DNA of 64,000 bases, taken from the NCBI GenBank assembly GCA_947631855.1, contig CANRMX010000003.1, forward strand, positions 10,728-74,727, in the 5' to 3' direction. Source of the DNA: an uncultured Clostridia bacterium. GTDB lineage: Bacteria; Bacillota; Clostridia; Oscillospirales; Acutalibacteraceae. Positions 27,039 to 36,728 of this stretch are shown piece after piece. Below the pieces are notes generated by a model. That model did no database searches. It was not told the DNA's origin and saw nothing but the letters and a program-made list of their open reading frames with translations. Numbering within the stretch: position 1 is the stretch's first letter; each line of letters begins with the position of its first letter. The translations under genes were made by a program, and so were the position numbers.

Positions 27039-28007
27039 TTATCGGCGGCCTGCGCCGCCGCCCCGGGAACCGCCTCCGCGGGAGAAGCCGCCGCCTCCGC
27101 GGGAAATCCCGCCGCTGCTGCGAGGCCGTGGCGCGCTGCCGCCCCGGGAGAATCCCCCGGAACTGCGCCCGCCGCCATACCCGCCGAAGCCGCCGCTGCG
27201 TCTGGGCGGCCTGGGGGATCTGGGCGGTCTGGGCGGAGGAGGCGGCGGAGGGGGAGCGCCCCATCTCTGTCTCCGGGGGCTGGTCATGCGGCCCACCAGC
27301 ATCCCGCTCCAAAAGCCGCTGCCAGCGCCGCCATAGCCACCGCCGCCTCCGCGGCTGATGGCGCGGACCACCGCGATGACCACGGCGATCAACACGATTG
27401 CAATGATCACTCGAACCAGCATGGGTACGATCCATCCCAAAACCGCCAGCCCAAACCCGTGGGAGGATTCTTCCTGCACCACCAGGCCCGGCGTGCCGGT
27501 CTCGCTGCCGTAATATGAATTCATCTCGCTGAGCGCCGCCAGGAAGAACTTGCGCACGCCCGTGTCGTAGTCTCCGGCGGCAAAGGCGTCTTCCAGATTT
27601 TCGTCCAGCAGCTTTTGCAGCTTTGCGCCGTCAAAATAGTCCTCGATGCCGTACCCGGCCTGGGCGTAGTAGTTGTCCTCCTCGATGGCCAGCACCAACA
27701 GCAGCCCGTTGTTGCGCTCGGCGGAGCCCACGCCCCAGTCGTTGAACAGCCGGTAGGTGTAGTCGTCGATCTCCTTGCCGCCCAAAAAGTCCACCGCCGC
27801 CACCACGATCTCCGCGCCGGTGGCATTGAACAGGGTATCGTTTTCCTCGATGATGGTGCGCTCCGTGCTGTCCGAAAGCACCCCGGCCTCGTCCAGCACA
27901 TAGAGATTGCTCGGGCGCTCCGGCATGGCGGCCCACACGGGCAGCGCCGCCGTCAGGAGCAGCGCCAGCGCAAGAAATACAGGTGAAAGCCTGCGCAGTC
28001 TTTTCAT
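27039..28007 (-). CDS. TPM-domain membrane protein with Gly/Pro-rich tail
   Basis: Signal peptide, VLDEAGVLS, WGVG...NNGLLL, C-terminal GGGSRGGGAGRR. Confidence 0.8.
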   Translation of the reverse strand: MKRLRRLSPVFLALALLLTAALPVWAAMPERPSNLYVLDEAGVLSDSTERTIIEENDTLFNATGAEIVVAAVDFLGGKEIDDYTYRLFNDWGVGSAERNNGLLLVLAIEEDNYYAQAGYGIEDYFDGAKLQKLLDENLEDAFAAGDYDTGVRKFFLAALSEMNSYYGSETGTPGLVVQEESSHGFGLAVLGWIVPMLVRVIIAIVLIAVVIAVVRAISRGGGGGYGGAGSGFWSGMLVGRMTSPRRQRWGAPPPPPPPPRPPRSPRPPRRSGGFGGYGGGRSSGGFSRGGSAPRPRSSGGISRGGGGFSRGGGSRGGGAGRR

Positions 28008-28040
28008 ACCGAAACCTCCCGTTCCTGGTCTGATTCTTGT

Positions 28041-28610
28041 TTACGGCGTCCCGTCAAAGGTGGGGATGTCGCCGATCCCCAAAAAGCCCCGGAAAAGGCT
28101 CAGCGGGAAGTGGGTCAGCTTTTCGTTGTAGTCCCGGGCGGCGTCGTTGTAGCTGCTGCGCTGGATCTTGTCCTGCTCCGAATCCATATCGGCCAGCTGC
28201 TCCCGGATGGCCTGGGCATCTCGGTCGGTAATGGGAAGGGCGTTCAGCCGGGCAGAGAGGGCCTCGGCGGCCTCGCTCAGGCCGTTATTGGCCCTGACCT
28301 GCCGCTCCAGGTGGTCTTCCTCCCAGCTGTAGGCGTTCTCATACATGGTGATGTAGTCTTCCACCCGCTCCATGGCGTCTTCCACCCCGTCGTCCGCGTC
28401 CTCATAGCGCTCCGCCACGGTGATCAGATTCTCCGCCGCCGCCACCCGGGCGTCCAGCCCTTCATAGATGGCGTACCCGGTCTGGTCGTAGTAGTATTCG
28501 TCCTCCACGTCCTCCCGCAGGGCCTTGGCCGAATGGGCCGCGCCAAGGGGCAGGGAGAGCAAGATCATCCCGGCCATCACCAGGGCGCCGATCAGGTTCT
28601 TCTTGTTCAT
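28041..28610 (-). CDS. membrane-anchored LemA-like protein
   Basis: N-terminal TM, helical body, C-terminal YNDAARDYN...FP. Confidence 0.55.
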   Translation of the reverse strand: MNKKNLIGALVMAGMILLSLPLGAAHSAKALREDVEDEYYYDQTGYAIYEGLDARVAAAENLITVAERYEDADDGVEDAMERVEDYITMYENAYSWEEDHLERQVRANNGLSEAAEALSARLNALPITDRDAQAIREQLADMDSEQDKIQRSSYNDAARDYNEKLTHFPLSLFRGFLGIGDIPTFDGTP

Positions 28611-28622
28611 AGGCTTCTTCCT

Positions 28623-29768
28623 TTAGCCGTGGATATCCAGCAGCTTCTGCTTCAGCTCGCCCTCCAGCTTGCCCAGCTCTTCCTCGGCGGCCCGGCGCTT
28701 TGCCCGGCCCTCGTCCTGGATCTTCACCACTTCGTCCAGGGTCTGGATCAGGGACTGGTTGGTGGCCCGCAGGGTCTCCATATCCACGATGCCCCGCTCC
28801 GACTCCCGGGCGGTCTCGATGGTGCTCATCTTCAGCTTTTCGGCGTTCTTCTTCAGCAGCTCGTTGGTCATGTCGGTGACTTCCCGCTGGGCCTTCACCG
28901 CCTGCTCCGAATGGGCCAGCCCCAGGGCCAGGATCATCTGGCTCTTCCACAGCGGGATGGTATTCACCAGGGTGGACTGGATCTTGTCGTTCATCAGCTT
29001 GTCGTTGTTCTGCACCAGCCGAATCTGCGGGGACATCTGGATGCTCACCATGCGGGTCAGCTCCAGATCGTGGAGCTTCTTCTCAAAGTTGTCGCACAGC
29101 TGGGCAAAATCGTTGGCGGCCTGGGCGTCCTCGGCAAGGCCGGTCTGCTTCGCCTTGTTTTGCAGCTCCACCAGGGTGGTGGCACGCTCCTGGGCCAGCT
29201 TCTTCTTGCCGGCGATGATGTACATGGACAGCTCCTTGTGGTAGCTCAGGTTCATGGCGTAGAGCTGGTCCAGCATCACCACGTCCTTCATCAGCTGCAC
29301 CTGATGGCCCTCCAGGGCGGCGGCGATCTTATCCACGTTCTGCTCGGCGGTATCGTACCGGGCCTTCAGGGCGGTGAGCTTGTTGCCGCTGTTCTTGAAA
29401 AAGCCGAACAGGCCCTTCTTCTCCGTCTCGTCGATATCGAAGCCCTTAAGCTCCACCACCAGGTCGGCGATCTCCCCGCCGATCTCGCCCAGGTCCTTGG
29501 TGCGCACCTTGTCCAGCGCGGTGTCAGAGAAGGAGGCAATCTTCTTCTGGGCGGCGGAGCCATATTGCAGCACCACGGTGCTGTCGGTGATGTCGATCTT
29601 CTCGGCGAATTCCTCCACCACTTTCTGCTCCTCGGGCGTCAGGGTGGATTCATCCAGCACCACCGGCTCGGCGGCGGGAGTCTCCTCCACGGCCTCGGGA
29701 GTAAGGGTCAGGGTGGGCGCGGCGGGTGCCTCCGCCTCCAGGGTCAGTTTGATCTCGTCGTTCGTCAT
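28623..29768 (-). CDS. toxic anion resistance protein (TelA family)
   Basis: QYG..AQ, PQIRLVQNND, TIPLWKSQM, ERGIVDMETL. Confidence 0.85.
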   Translation of the reverse strand: MTNDEIKLTLEAEAPAAPTLTLTPEAVEETPAAEPVVLDESTLTPEEQKVVEEFAEKIDITDSTVVLQYGSAAQKKIASFSDTALDKVRTKDLGEIGGEIADLVVELKGFDIDETEKKGLFGFFKNSGNKLTALKARYDTAEQNVDKIAAALEGHQVQLMKDVVMLDQLYAMNLSYHKELSMYIIAGKKKLAQERATTLVELQNKAKQTGLAEDAQAANDFAQLCDNFEKKLHDLELTRMVSIQMSPQIRLVQNNDKLMNDKIQSTLVNTIPLWKSQMILALGLAHSEQAVKAQREVTDMTNELLKKNAEKLKMSTIETARESERGIVDMETLRATNQSLIQTLDEVVKIQDEGRAKRRAAEEELGKLEGELKQKLLDIHG

Positions 29769-29795
29769 GCTTTTTCTTCCTTTCCTAGGGATTTT

Positions 29796-30842
29796 TTATG
29801 ATTTATCCGAGGTCTTCGGGTCGTTCCCTTCCACAAAGCCCTCCTGCTTGAGCAGGGTCTCAAAGACGGAGATATCTGCGGAAACATCCATGGCCTCGTC
29901 GGAGAACAGGGAATCCAGCTGCTTCTCAAAGGCAATGGCCACCGTGTGCATCATCCCGGCGATATTGAACATGGTGGAGGTGATGTTCTCCCCTTTCACC
30001 GATTGGGCGGACAGCCGCTGATAGCTGTTTAGCAGCTTCAACGTGGTGGGCAGATAGTAGCTCATGAATTTGCGGATCTGGGGCGCCTTTTCCGGGTGGT
30101 CGGCGATATACCGGAAGATGTCCGCGGAGGCCCGCTCCATGCGGTCGATGTCCTCGGAAAGGGCCTCGTCGGGAATGGCCGCGTTGGCGGCGCGAAGTCT
30201 TTTCAGATAATCCTGCCCATCGGCGATGAGCTTATCCACCTCGGGGTTCCCGGTGGACTTGACGGGCTCCGGCTTGGCCGCCTGCTTCTTCTCCGGCGCG
30301 GGCTGGGGCTTTTGCTCCGGCTGGGGCTGCTCCATGGGCACGAACTGGGTCTTGCCCTTGAAGATCAGGCTGCACACGCCGAACACCACCGCCAGGAACA
30401 CCAGAAACCGGACGAACTGCGGCCCGGTGTACAGCATGAAATTCATGGCATACCAGATCGCCAGCGCCCCCGTGACATAAAACCGGGCGGGCCCGCGGCG
30501 GCGCACGGCCTTCATGGGCGGGCCGGCGTAGGTCTGCTGCCGATTGGGCTGCGGGGCGCGGGGCGGCACTTGCTGACCGGTGGGCGGCGTCTGCCGGGGC
30601 GGGGTCTGGCCGGGCTGGCCCTGCACCGTATAGGCGTAGGTCTTTGGGCCCTGGGCAGAATTCCCGACGGGACGCACCGCCGGGGCCACGGAATTCAGCG
30701 CACGATCCACGGTTTGGGCCGCAACGCCCAAGCCCCGGGCGACCACATCGGCCACCGGGATGCCGGAATTTTTCAGGGAGCGATACATCTGGGAAGAACG
30801 GTACTCGTTCTCCACAGGATTGGTGTCCTTGGGGTTCATCAC
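29796..30842 (-). CDS. 5-bromo-4-chloroindolyl phosphate hydrolysis (XpaC) family protein
   Basis: KFMSYYLPTTLKLL, QLDSLF...AMDVSADI; immediately upstream of telA. Confidence 0.75.
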   Translation of the reverse strand: MMNPKDTNPVENEYRSSQMYRSLKNSGIPVADVVARGLGVAAQTVDRALNSVAPAVRPVGNSAQGPKTYAYTVQGQPGQTPPRQTPPTGQQVPPRAPQPNRQQTYAGPPMKAVRRRGPARFYVTGALAIWYAMNFMLYTGPQFVRFLVFLAVVFGVCSLIFKGKTQFVPMEQPQPEQKPQPAPEKKQAAKPEPVKSTGNPEVDKLIADGQDYLKRLRAANAAIPDEALSEDIDRMERASADIFRYIADHPEKAPQIRKFMSYYLPTTLKLLNSYQRLSAQSVKGENITSTMFNIAGMMHTVAIAFEKQLDSLFSDEAMDVSADISVFETLLKQEGFVEGNDPKTSDKS

Positions 30843-30875
30843 TTGTCCTCACGAAAAAAGCATTTATACCCTTCT

Positions 30876-30904
30876 ATTTTACAATCAAACGGGCCGGGTG
30901 TCAA
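30876..30904 (-). promoter_or_regulatory. sigma-A promoter of the xpaC-telA operon
   Basis: TTGACA-17 bp-TAAAAT. Confidence 0.7.
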
Positions 30905-30927
30905 CTGGAAATCCGCACCCCACGGGC

Positions 30928-30956
30928 TTGACATTCTTACTTTTTCGTAATATAAT
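30928..30956 (+). promoter_or_regulatory. consensus sigma-A promoter of the aph-like operon
   Basis: TTGACA-17 bp-TATAAT. Confidence 0.85.
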
Positions 30957-30986
30957 CAAGCTGTCACCGAGCAAAAGCGGCGTCCC

Positions 30987-31063
30987 GCCGCCTCACCATC
31001 CTTGCCTGCGGCAAGGATGCGGGGCCGAAGGCCCCGCCGCGCTGCGCGCGGCCGTGAGGCGGC
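30987..31063. repeat. four-way-junction palindromic element in the 5' leader of the aph-like gene
   Basis: Closing stem 30987-30996/31054-31063 encloses three perfect triloop hairpins. Confidence 0.65.
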
Positions 31064-31084
31064 CGGGGCCGGGAAAGGATCCCT

Positions 31085-31831
31085 ATGAATTTCTACCACC
31101 AGCTTTCGGCCCCATCGCCCGTCTCCGAGGGGCTGTCTCCCGCCCGGGTCAGCAGGTGCACCCTGCAGGGCCGCACCGTATACCTGAAAACCATCCCGAA
31201 GCTCTTCGCCCCCACCACCTACAGCGTGCGCCGGGAAGGGGCGGTGATGGCGTGGCTCCAGGGGAAGCTGCGGGTACCGCAGGTCATCGAGTGCGGCGAA
31301 ACCGGGGACAGCGAATACCTGATCATGACCGAGCTGACCGGGCAGCACATTGACTGCCTGATGGACAGCCCGGAGGATTACGTCACGCAATTGGCCCGGG
31401 CCATCCGCGCCGTGCAGGCGGTGGATATCCGAAGCTGCCCCTTTGTGTCGAATTTGGATACCCGGCTACGGGAGCTTAGTTACCTATTGGAAAACGGCCT
31501 GGCGGATACCGATCCCGCCCACTGGCAGCAATCAACAGCCTTCTCCTCTCCTCAAGCCCTGTACCGCTGGCTGGTGGAAAACCGCCCGGCGGAAGACCCG
31601 GTCTTCTCCCACGGCGACATCAGCGCAAACTTTTTCATCGAAAACGGAGAGCCGTGCTTTTACGATCTGGCCCGGATGGGCGTGGCCGACCGCTGGGCGG
31701 ATATCGCCCTGGCGCTGCGGGATATCCGGGAAGTCTGCCCGGCGCTGGAGCCCCTGTTTTTTGAAAAGCTGGGCATCGCGCCCGATCCCCAGAAGATCGA
31801 TTACTACATCCTGCTGGACGAACTGTTTTGA
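31085..31831 (+). CDS. aminoglycoside 3'-phosphotransferase (APH(3')-III-like), divergent
   Basis: EGLSPARV, YLK..PTTYSVRRE, WLQGKLRVP, FSHGD, DLARMGVADRWADIA, KIDYYILLDELF. Confidence 0.8.
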   Translation: MNFYHQLSAPSPVSEGLSPARVSRCTLQGRTVYLKTIPKLFAPTTYSVRREGAVMAWLQGKLRVPQVIECGETGDSEYLIMTELTGQHIDCLMDSPEDYVTQLARAIRAVQAVDIRSCPFVSNLDTRLRELSYLLENGLADTDPAHWQQSTAFSSPQALYRWLVENRPAEDPVFSHGDISANFFIENGEPCFYDLARMGVADRWADIALALRDIREVCPALEPLFFEKLGIAPDPQKIDYYILLDELF

Positions 31832-31848
31832 AGAAAGGAGCCTCACCC

Positions 31849-32325
31849 ATGGCAAAAGTGCTGCTCATTGTGGGCAAATTGTGCGCGGGCAAGACCACCT
31901 ACGCGCGGGCGCTGGGGAAAAGCCTCCCGGCGGCCGTCCTCTCGGTGGACGAGATCACCCTGCTGCTGGGCCCCTATCTGGGCGACCGGCACGATGAGAT
32001 CGCAGGCCGCGTGCAGCGGTACCTGCTGGACAAGTCCTTGGAATTGGCGGCCTCTGGCATCAACGTGATCCTGGACTGGGGATTCTGGACCAAAGCCGCC
32101 CGGGAATCCGCCCGGGAGTTTTACGCTGCACAGGGAATTCCCTGCGAATGCCACTATCTGGCCCTCGACGACGAAACCTGGGCGGCGCGGGTGGAAAAAC
32201 GCAACCGGGCGGTGGCCGCCGGAGAGACCGAAGCCTATCCCATGGACGAAAACCTGCTGGCCAAATTCCGCGCCCGCTTCGAGCCGCCCGATCGGAAGGA
32301 GATCGACGTGTGGGTCGAAAATTGA
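31849..32325 (+). CDS. P-loop kinase-like ATP-binding protein (AAA_33 type)
   Basis: GKLCAGKTT, VILDWGFW, FEPP. Confidence 0.75.
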   Translation: MAKVLLIVGKLCAGKTTYARALGKSLPAAVLSVDEITLLLGPYLGDRHDEIAGRVQRYLLDKSLELAASGINVILDWGFWTKAARESAREFYAAQGIPCECHYLALDDETWAARVEKRNRAVAAGETEAYPMDENLLAKFRARFEPPDRKEIDVWVEN

Positions 32326-32333
32326 ACCGATAC

Positions 32334-32364
32334 AAAAACCGACGGTTTGCCACCGCCGGTTTTT
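32334..32364. terminator. bidirectional intrinsic terminator
   Basis: aaaaaccgacgg...ccgccggttttt between convergent genes. Confidence 0.6.
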
Positions 32365-32369
32365 TATGT

Positions 32370-33293
32370 TTATACCTGATGCACGTTGCCCAGCTGCCGG
32401 TACGTCTCGAACACCTGCTCCCGCCGGGCGATACCCCGGGAAAAGGCCGTGGCCGAGCCCGCCGCCACGCCCCATTTCAGCGCGCCCTCCAGATTGCCGT
32501 GGAGCCCCAGGCCGTAGAGCATCCCCGCCACCAGGGAATCTCCCGCCCCCACGGTGGAGACCGGCTCTCCCGCCGGCGCGTGACAAAACAGGAACTGTCC
32601 GGCCTCCGTCAGCAGCAGCGCACCTCTGGCCCCCATGGAGACGGCGATATTCCGCGCGCCCTCCTCCTGCAGGGCAAAGGCGCACTCCTTTGCGCCCTCC
32701 ATGCCGGTGATCTCCGCGCCGAACAGCGCCCCCAGCTCCTGCACGTTGGGCTTGATGAGCCAGGGCGCCTCCGCGATGGCCGCCCGCAGCGCAGCGCCCG
32801 CAGTGTCCACCACCGTTTGCACGCCCTCGGGCACAGCCCGCAGCAGCCGGGCATAGGTGTCCGCCGGCAGCGAAGCCGGGATGCTCCCCGCCAGCACCAG
32901 CCGGTCGCCCGGTTGCAGGGCCCTCAGCTTATCCTCCAGCGCCTGCACCGCGCTTTCCGGCACGTCCGGCCCGCCGCCGTTAAAGGCGGTCTCACCCTGC
33001 TGGGGAGAGGTCAAATTCAGGTTGATGCGGGAGAAGCCCTTTTCCAGAAAGACGAAGTCCGCCGGGCACCCCGCTTCCTCCAGCATGCGCACGATCTCCC
33101 TGCCGGTGAAACCTGCGGCAAAGCCCAGGGCCCGGGTCTCCGCGCCCAGGCGGCTGAGCAGCAGGGAGACGTTGATCCCTTTGCCGCCCGGCGCGTAGAT
33201 CTCCTCCCCGCAGCGGTGGATCTCTCCGGGCTGCAGGGCCTCCGTGGCGGCGTACCAGTCGATGCAGGGATTGAGCGTAACCGTGTAGATCAT
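32370..33293 (-). CDS. 1-phosphofructokinase-family hexose kinase (PfkB)
   Basis: TVTLNP, GGKGINVS, IKPN..EL, STVGAGDS. Confidence 0.9.
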   Translation of the reverse strand: MIYTVTLNPCIDWYAATEALQPGEIHRCGEEIYAPGGKGINVSLLLSRLGAETRALGFAAGFTGREIVRMLEEAGCPADFVFLEKGFSRINLNLTSPQQGETAFNGGGPDVPESAVQALEDKLRALQPGDRLVLAGSIPASLPADTYARLLRAVPEGVQTVVDTAGAALRAAIAEAPWLIKPNVQELGALFGAEITGMEGAKECAFALQEEGARNIAVSMGARGALLLTEAGQFLFCHAPAGEPVSTVGAGDSLVAGMLYGLGLHGNLEGALKWGVAAGSATAFSRGIARREQVFETYRQLGNVHQV

Positions 33294-33320
33294 GGGAATT
33301 AGCCCCTTTCCTGTTGGATT

Positions 33321-35261
33321 TTATGCCCTGCGCACCCACACGGTCATCTCGCCCTCGCCCCGGTTGGCCCAGACGTAGTAGGGGATGAAGGTGAGTTCCC
33401 GCTCCTCCTCTGCGGTGGGCGGCTGGGTGGAATAGAGCCGGCTCGCGTCGCCGCTTTCCCGCAGGCCTTTGCAGGAGAGCGTCACCACGCCGCCCAGCAG
33501 GTCGGGCTGCCAGCGGGCGGTGAATTCGCTTTGGGCGGGCAGCAGCAGCCGGTGGAGGTCCTTCCCGTTGTCCGCCTCCTCCAGGCAGTAGACGATGGGC
33601 CCACGCTGCACGGCCACCTTGCCCGCATCCTCCCGCACGGCGGGATGGGCATACATCCGCTGCACCGGCATCTCCAGCGCAAGCGCCACCACGTCGCCGG
33701 ACACCCACCGGCGGGTGAGGTACACATATCCGTTGTCGGGAGCAAGGTCGATCCGCTCCCCATTGACTGTCAGGCCAAATTGCCCGCACCAGCCGGGGAT
33801 CCGCAGGGCGTAGGTAAAATCCACCGGCGCTTCCGGCTCCACGTTGATCGTGATCTCCCCGCTCCAGGGGTATTCGCCCCGCAGCGCAAAGCGCACGCCC
33901 GTACCGGCCAGCTGGGCGGTGAAATCCCCCGCCACATACAGGTGCTGGCACACCGTGTGATCGGCGGCGATGCCCACGGCGTAGTCGGTGATGGAGGCCA
34001 GGGTCCTGGCCAGATTGGGCGGGCAGCACGCGCAGCCGAACCACTTCTGGCGCACGGGCTGCACATGGCTTTTGCGCTGATCCTCCCGGGTGGCCTCGGG
34101 CACCACCTCCAGCGGGTTGACATAGAAGAACGCCGTCCCCTCCAAATCCATCCCGCTCACCGCGCCGTTATACAGCACCCGCTCCATCACGTCGGCGTAT
34201 TCGCCCCGGCGCTCCACCTTGAGCATCTGGGCCGCGAAGAACGCCAGCGCCAGCCCGGCGCAGGTCTCGGCGTAGGCGGTGTCGTTGGGCAGATCGTAGG
34301 GGAAGGTGAACGCCTCGCCGTATTCGGAAGACCCCACCTGCCCGGTGATGTACATCTGCTTTTCGGTGGTCTCCGCCCAGAGGCTGCGCAGATGGGCATA
34401 GAGGGTGTCGTTCCCGGTGCACCGGGCCACGGCCGCCGCCCCGGCATAGAGATAGTTTGCCCGCACGGCGTGGCCCACGGGCCGCTCCTGCTCCATCAGG
34501 GGCTTGTGGGCCTGATAATACGCATACCCCAGCGGCCCGTCCTTCCAATAGAAGGAATTCCCCTGCCGCCGGGTCTCCTCCTCAAAATACAGCGGCTTTT
34601 TGCCCCGCTCATCGATGAAATACCGGGCCAGGTCCAGATACGCCTGCTCTCCGGTGGCCTCATACAGCTTGACCAATCCCAGCTCCACTTCCTCGTGGCC
34701 GGGATAGCCGTGCAGCTTCTCCGGCTCCGGGCCCATCACCGAGGCGATGTGCCGGGCCAGCTTTTCGGCCACGTCCAGAAAAGTCCGCCGCCCGGTGGCC
34801 CGGAAGTGCGCCACCGCCGCCTCGAACATATGCCCCGTGCAGTACAGCTCGTGGTGATCCTTGAGATTCGTCCACCGCTTGGAGATGTCGGTCAGTATGT
34901 AATAGGTGTCCACATAGCCGTCGGGCAGCTGGGCCTTGGCGATGAGGCGCACCGCCTCCTCCAGCTCCGCTTCCAGCTGTTCGTCCGGGGCCCACATCAG
35001 GCTGTAGGCGGCGGCCTCCATCCACTTGAAAAGGTCGCTGTCCTGGAACACATAGCCGTAGTGCTCGCCGTCGCTTTCGCCGGCCGCGGCGCGGAAATTG
35101 GCGATGCACCCGCTTTTGGACGCCCCCGGCACCCGGTCGTTCAGGGCCTCCCACTGGTAGGGGATCACGTTTTTCCGCACTGCCTCCCGCAGACGGGAAA
35201 AGAAGGCATCCTGCACGCGATAGGCCGCGCCGGAAATGGGCTGGGTGAAATTCTTCTTCAT
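33321..35261 (-). CDS. GH127 beta-L-arabinofuranosidase family
   Basis: FQDSDLFKW, HELY, GHAVRA, YAETCA, CACCPPN. Confidence 0.9.
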   Translation of the reverse strand: MKKNFTQPISGAAYRVQDAFFSRLREAVRKNVIPYQWEALNDRVPGASKSGCIANFRAAAGESDGEHYGYVFQDSDLFKWMEAAAYSLMWAPDEQLEAELEEAVRLIAKAQLPDGYVDTYYILTDISKRWTNLKDHHELYCTGHMFEAAVAHFRATGRRTFLDVAEKLARHIASVMGPEPEKLHGYPGHEEVELGLVKLYEATGEQAYLDLARYFIDERGKKPLYFEEETRRQGNSFYWKDGPLGYAYYQAHKPLMEQERPVGHAVRANYLYAGAAAVARCTGNDTLYAHLRSLWAETTEKQMYITGQVGSSEYGEAFTFPYDLPNDTAYAETCAGLALAFFAAQMLKVERRGEYADVMERVLYNGAVSGMDLEGTAFFYVNPLEVVPEATREDQRKSHVQPVRQKWFGCACCPPNLARTLASITDYAVGIAADHTVCQHLYVAGDFTAQLAGTGVRFALRGEYPWSGEITINVEPEAPVDFTYALRIPGWCGQFGLTVNGERIDLAPDNGYVYLTRRWVSGDVVALALEMPVQRMYAHPAVREDAGKVAVQRGPIVYCLEEADNGKDLHRLLLPAQSEFTARWQPDLLGGVVTLSCKGLRESGDASRLYSTQPPTAEEERELTFIPYYVWANRGEGEMTVWVRRA

Positions 35262-35821
35262 AGGGATACTCCTTTGCTGCAAAGATTTGAAAATGGGATA
35301 AATTCCGCCGGGGGATTGCCGTGCTCCCCCAGGGTCTTCTCCATCCAGATCACGTCCCACCATTTGCCCAGCTTGTAGCCGCACTGGTGGAAATGCGCCG
35401 CCTGCCGATAGCCCAGCTTCTCGTGGAAGGCCACGCTGCCGGGATTGGGATAGGTGATGCAGGCGTTGACATTCAGCACCCGCTGGGCGGCCAGCAGCCG
35501 CTCCAGTTCTCCATACAGGGCGGAACCGATGCCCTTTCCATGGCAGCCCATGGCTATGTAGATGGAGGTCTCCACCGCCCAGTCGTAGGCCGCCCGCCCC
35601 TTAAAGGCGGAGGCGTAGGCGTAGCCCACCGGCTTCCCGTCCAGCTCGGCCACCAGATAGGGGTACCGCGCCAGCGTGGCCAAAATCCGCCGGGAGAATT
35701 CCGCCCCATTCGGCGGCTCATAGTCAAAGGTAATGGACGTGTCCCGCACATAGAGCGCGTAGATTTCCGCCAGCGCGGGGCCGTCCGCCTCTCTGGCGAT
35801 CCGCAAAACAAGCCCGTTCAT
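35258..35821 (-). CDS. GNAT N-acetyltransferase (phosphinothricin/methionine sulfoximine acetyltransferase-like)
   Basis: AYDWAVETSIY, GKGIG, NPGSVAFHEKLG, GYKLG.W.D. Confidence 0.8.
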   Translation of the reverse strand: MNGLVLRIAREADGPALAEIYALYVRDTSITFDYEPPNGAEFSRRILATLARYPYLVAELDGKPVGYAYASAFKGRAAYDWAVETSIYIAMGCHGKGIGSALYGELERLLAAQRVLNVNACITYPNPGSVAFHEKLGYRQAAHFHQCGYKLGKWWDVIWMEKTLGEHGNPPAEFIPFSNLCSKGVSL

Positions 35822-35845
35822 CCGTCATTCTCCTTTCGGCCCCGC

Positions 35846-36667
35846 TCACAGCGCTGCGATGAGCGCCAGGAGCAGGCGTGTAAAATCCCGGGCGGCACGG
35901 TCGGCGGCGGTCTGCACCTCGCCGTGGGAGAGGGGCGAATCCCCCAGCCCTGCCGCCAGATTGGTGATGCAGCTGATGCCGCACACCTCCATCCCGCTGT
36001 GCCGCGCGGCCACGGCCTCACAGGCGGTGCTCATGCCCACGGCGTCCGCGCCCAGCCGGGCGAACATCCGCACCTCGGCAGGGGTCTCGTAGGCGGGCCC
36101 GGTGGTTTGCAGATAGACCCCTTCCTTGAGGGTGATCCCCAGCCCCTTGGCCGCCGCTTTCGCCTTTTCCCGAAGCAAAGGGGAATACACCGCCGTCATG
36201 TCCGGGAACCGCGTGCCCAGGGCGTCCTCGTTGGGGCCGATCAGCGGCGAGGGCACAAAGGACGCGATGTGATCGGTGAGCAGCATCAGGTCGCCCGGGG
36301 CCAGTCCCGGCCCGATGCCGCCGGCGGCGTTGGTGAGGATCACCTGCTTCGCCCCCAGCCGGCCCAGCACCCGGATGGGCAGCACCACGTCCTCCATAGC
36401 GTAGCCCTCGTAGTAGTGCACTCTGCCCTGCATCACGGCGATCTGCTTCCCGCCCAGGCTGCCCAACAGGAACCGCCCCGCGTGGCCCTCCACGGTGGAG
36501 ACGGGAAAGCCGGGAATCTCCCGGTAATCGATCGCAGCCACGGGCCGCAGCTGCTCTGCGAAGCCGCCCAGCCCGGAGCCCAGCACCACCGCCGCTTCCG
36601 GCACAAGATCACTCCGCGCCCGGATCGCCCGGACGCAGGCCTCTACCCGGTCCAAAATCCTGCCCAT
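35846..36667 (-). CDS. punA: purine-nucleoside phosphorylase (trimeric type)
   Basis: VLGSGLG, GRVHYYEG, TNAAGG, GPAYETPAE, VGMST. Confidence 0.9.
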   Translation of the reverse strand: MGRILDRVEACVRAIRARSDLVPEAAVVLGSGLGGFAEQLRPVAAIDYREIPGFPVSTVEGHAGRFLLGSLGGKQIAVMQGRVHYYEGYAMEDVVLPIRVLGRLGAKQVILTNAAGGIGPGLAPGDLMLLTDHIASFVPSPLIGPNEDALGTRFPDMTAVYSPLLREKAKAAAKGLGITLKEGVYLQTTGPAYETPAEVRMFARLGADAVGMSTACEAVAARHSGMEVCGISCITNLAAGLGDSPLSHGEVQTAADRAARDFTRLLLALIAAL

Positions 36668-36728
36668 CCAAACGCCTCCCCGTTCGTTGCTCCTCCTATT
36701 GTACAGGACTTGCCCCGCCCCGTCAAGG

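Noticed and set aside
33531-35378. Long antisense ORFs (also 28110-29801, 35321-36802, 56759-59185 and others)
   Set aside because: Shadow frames of high-GC3 genes, without motifs or RBS
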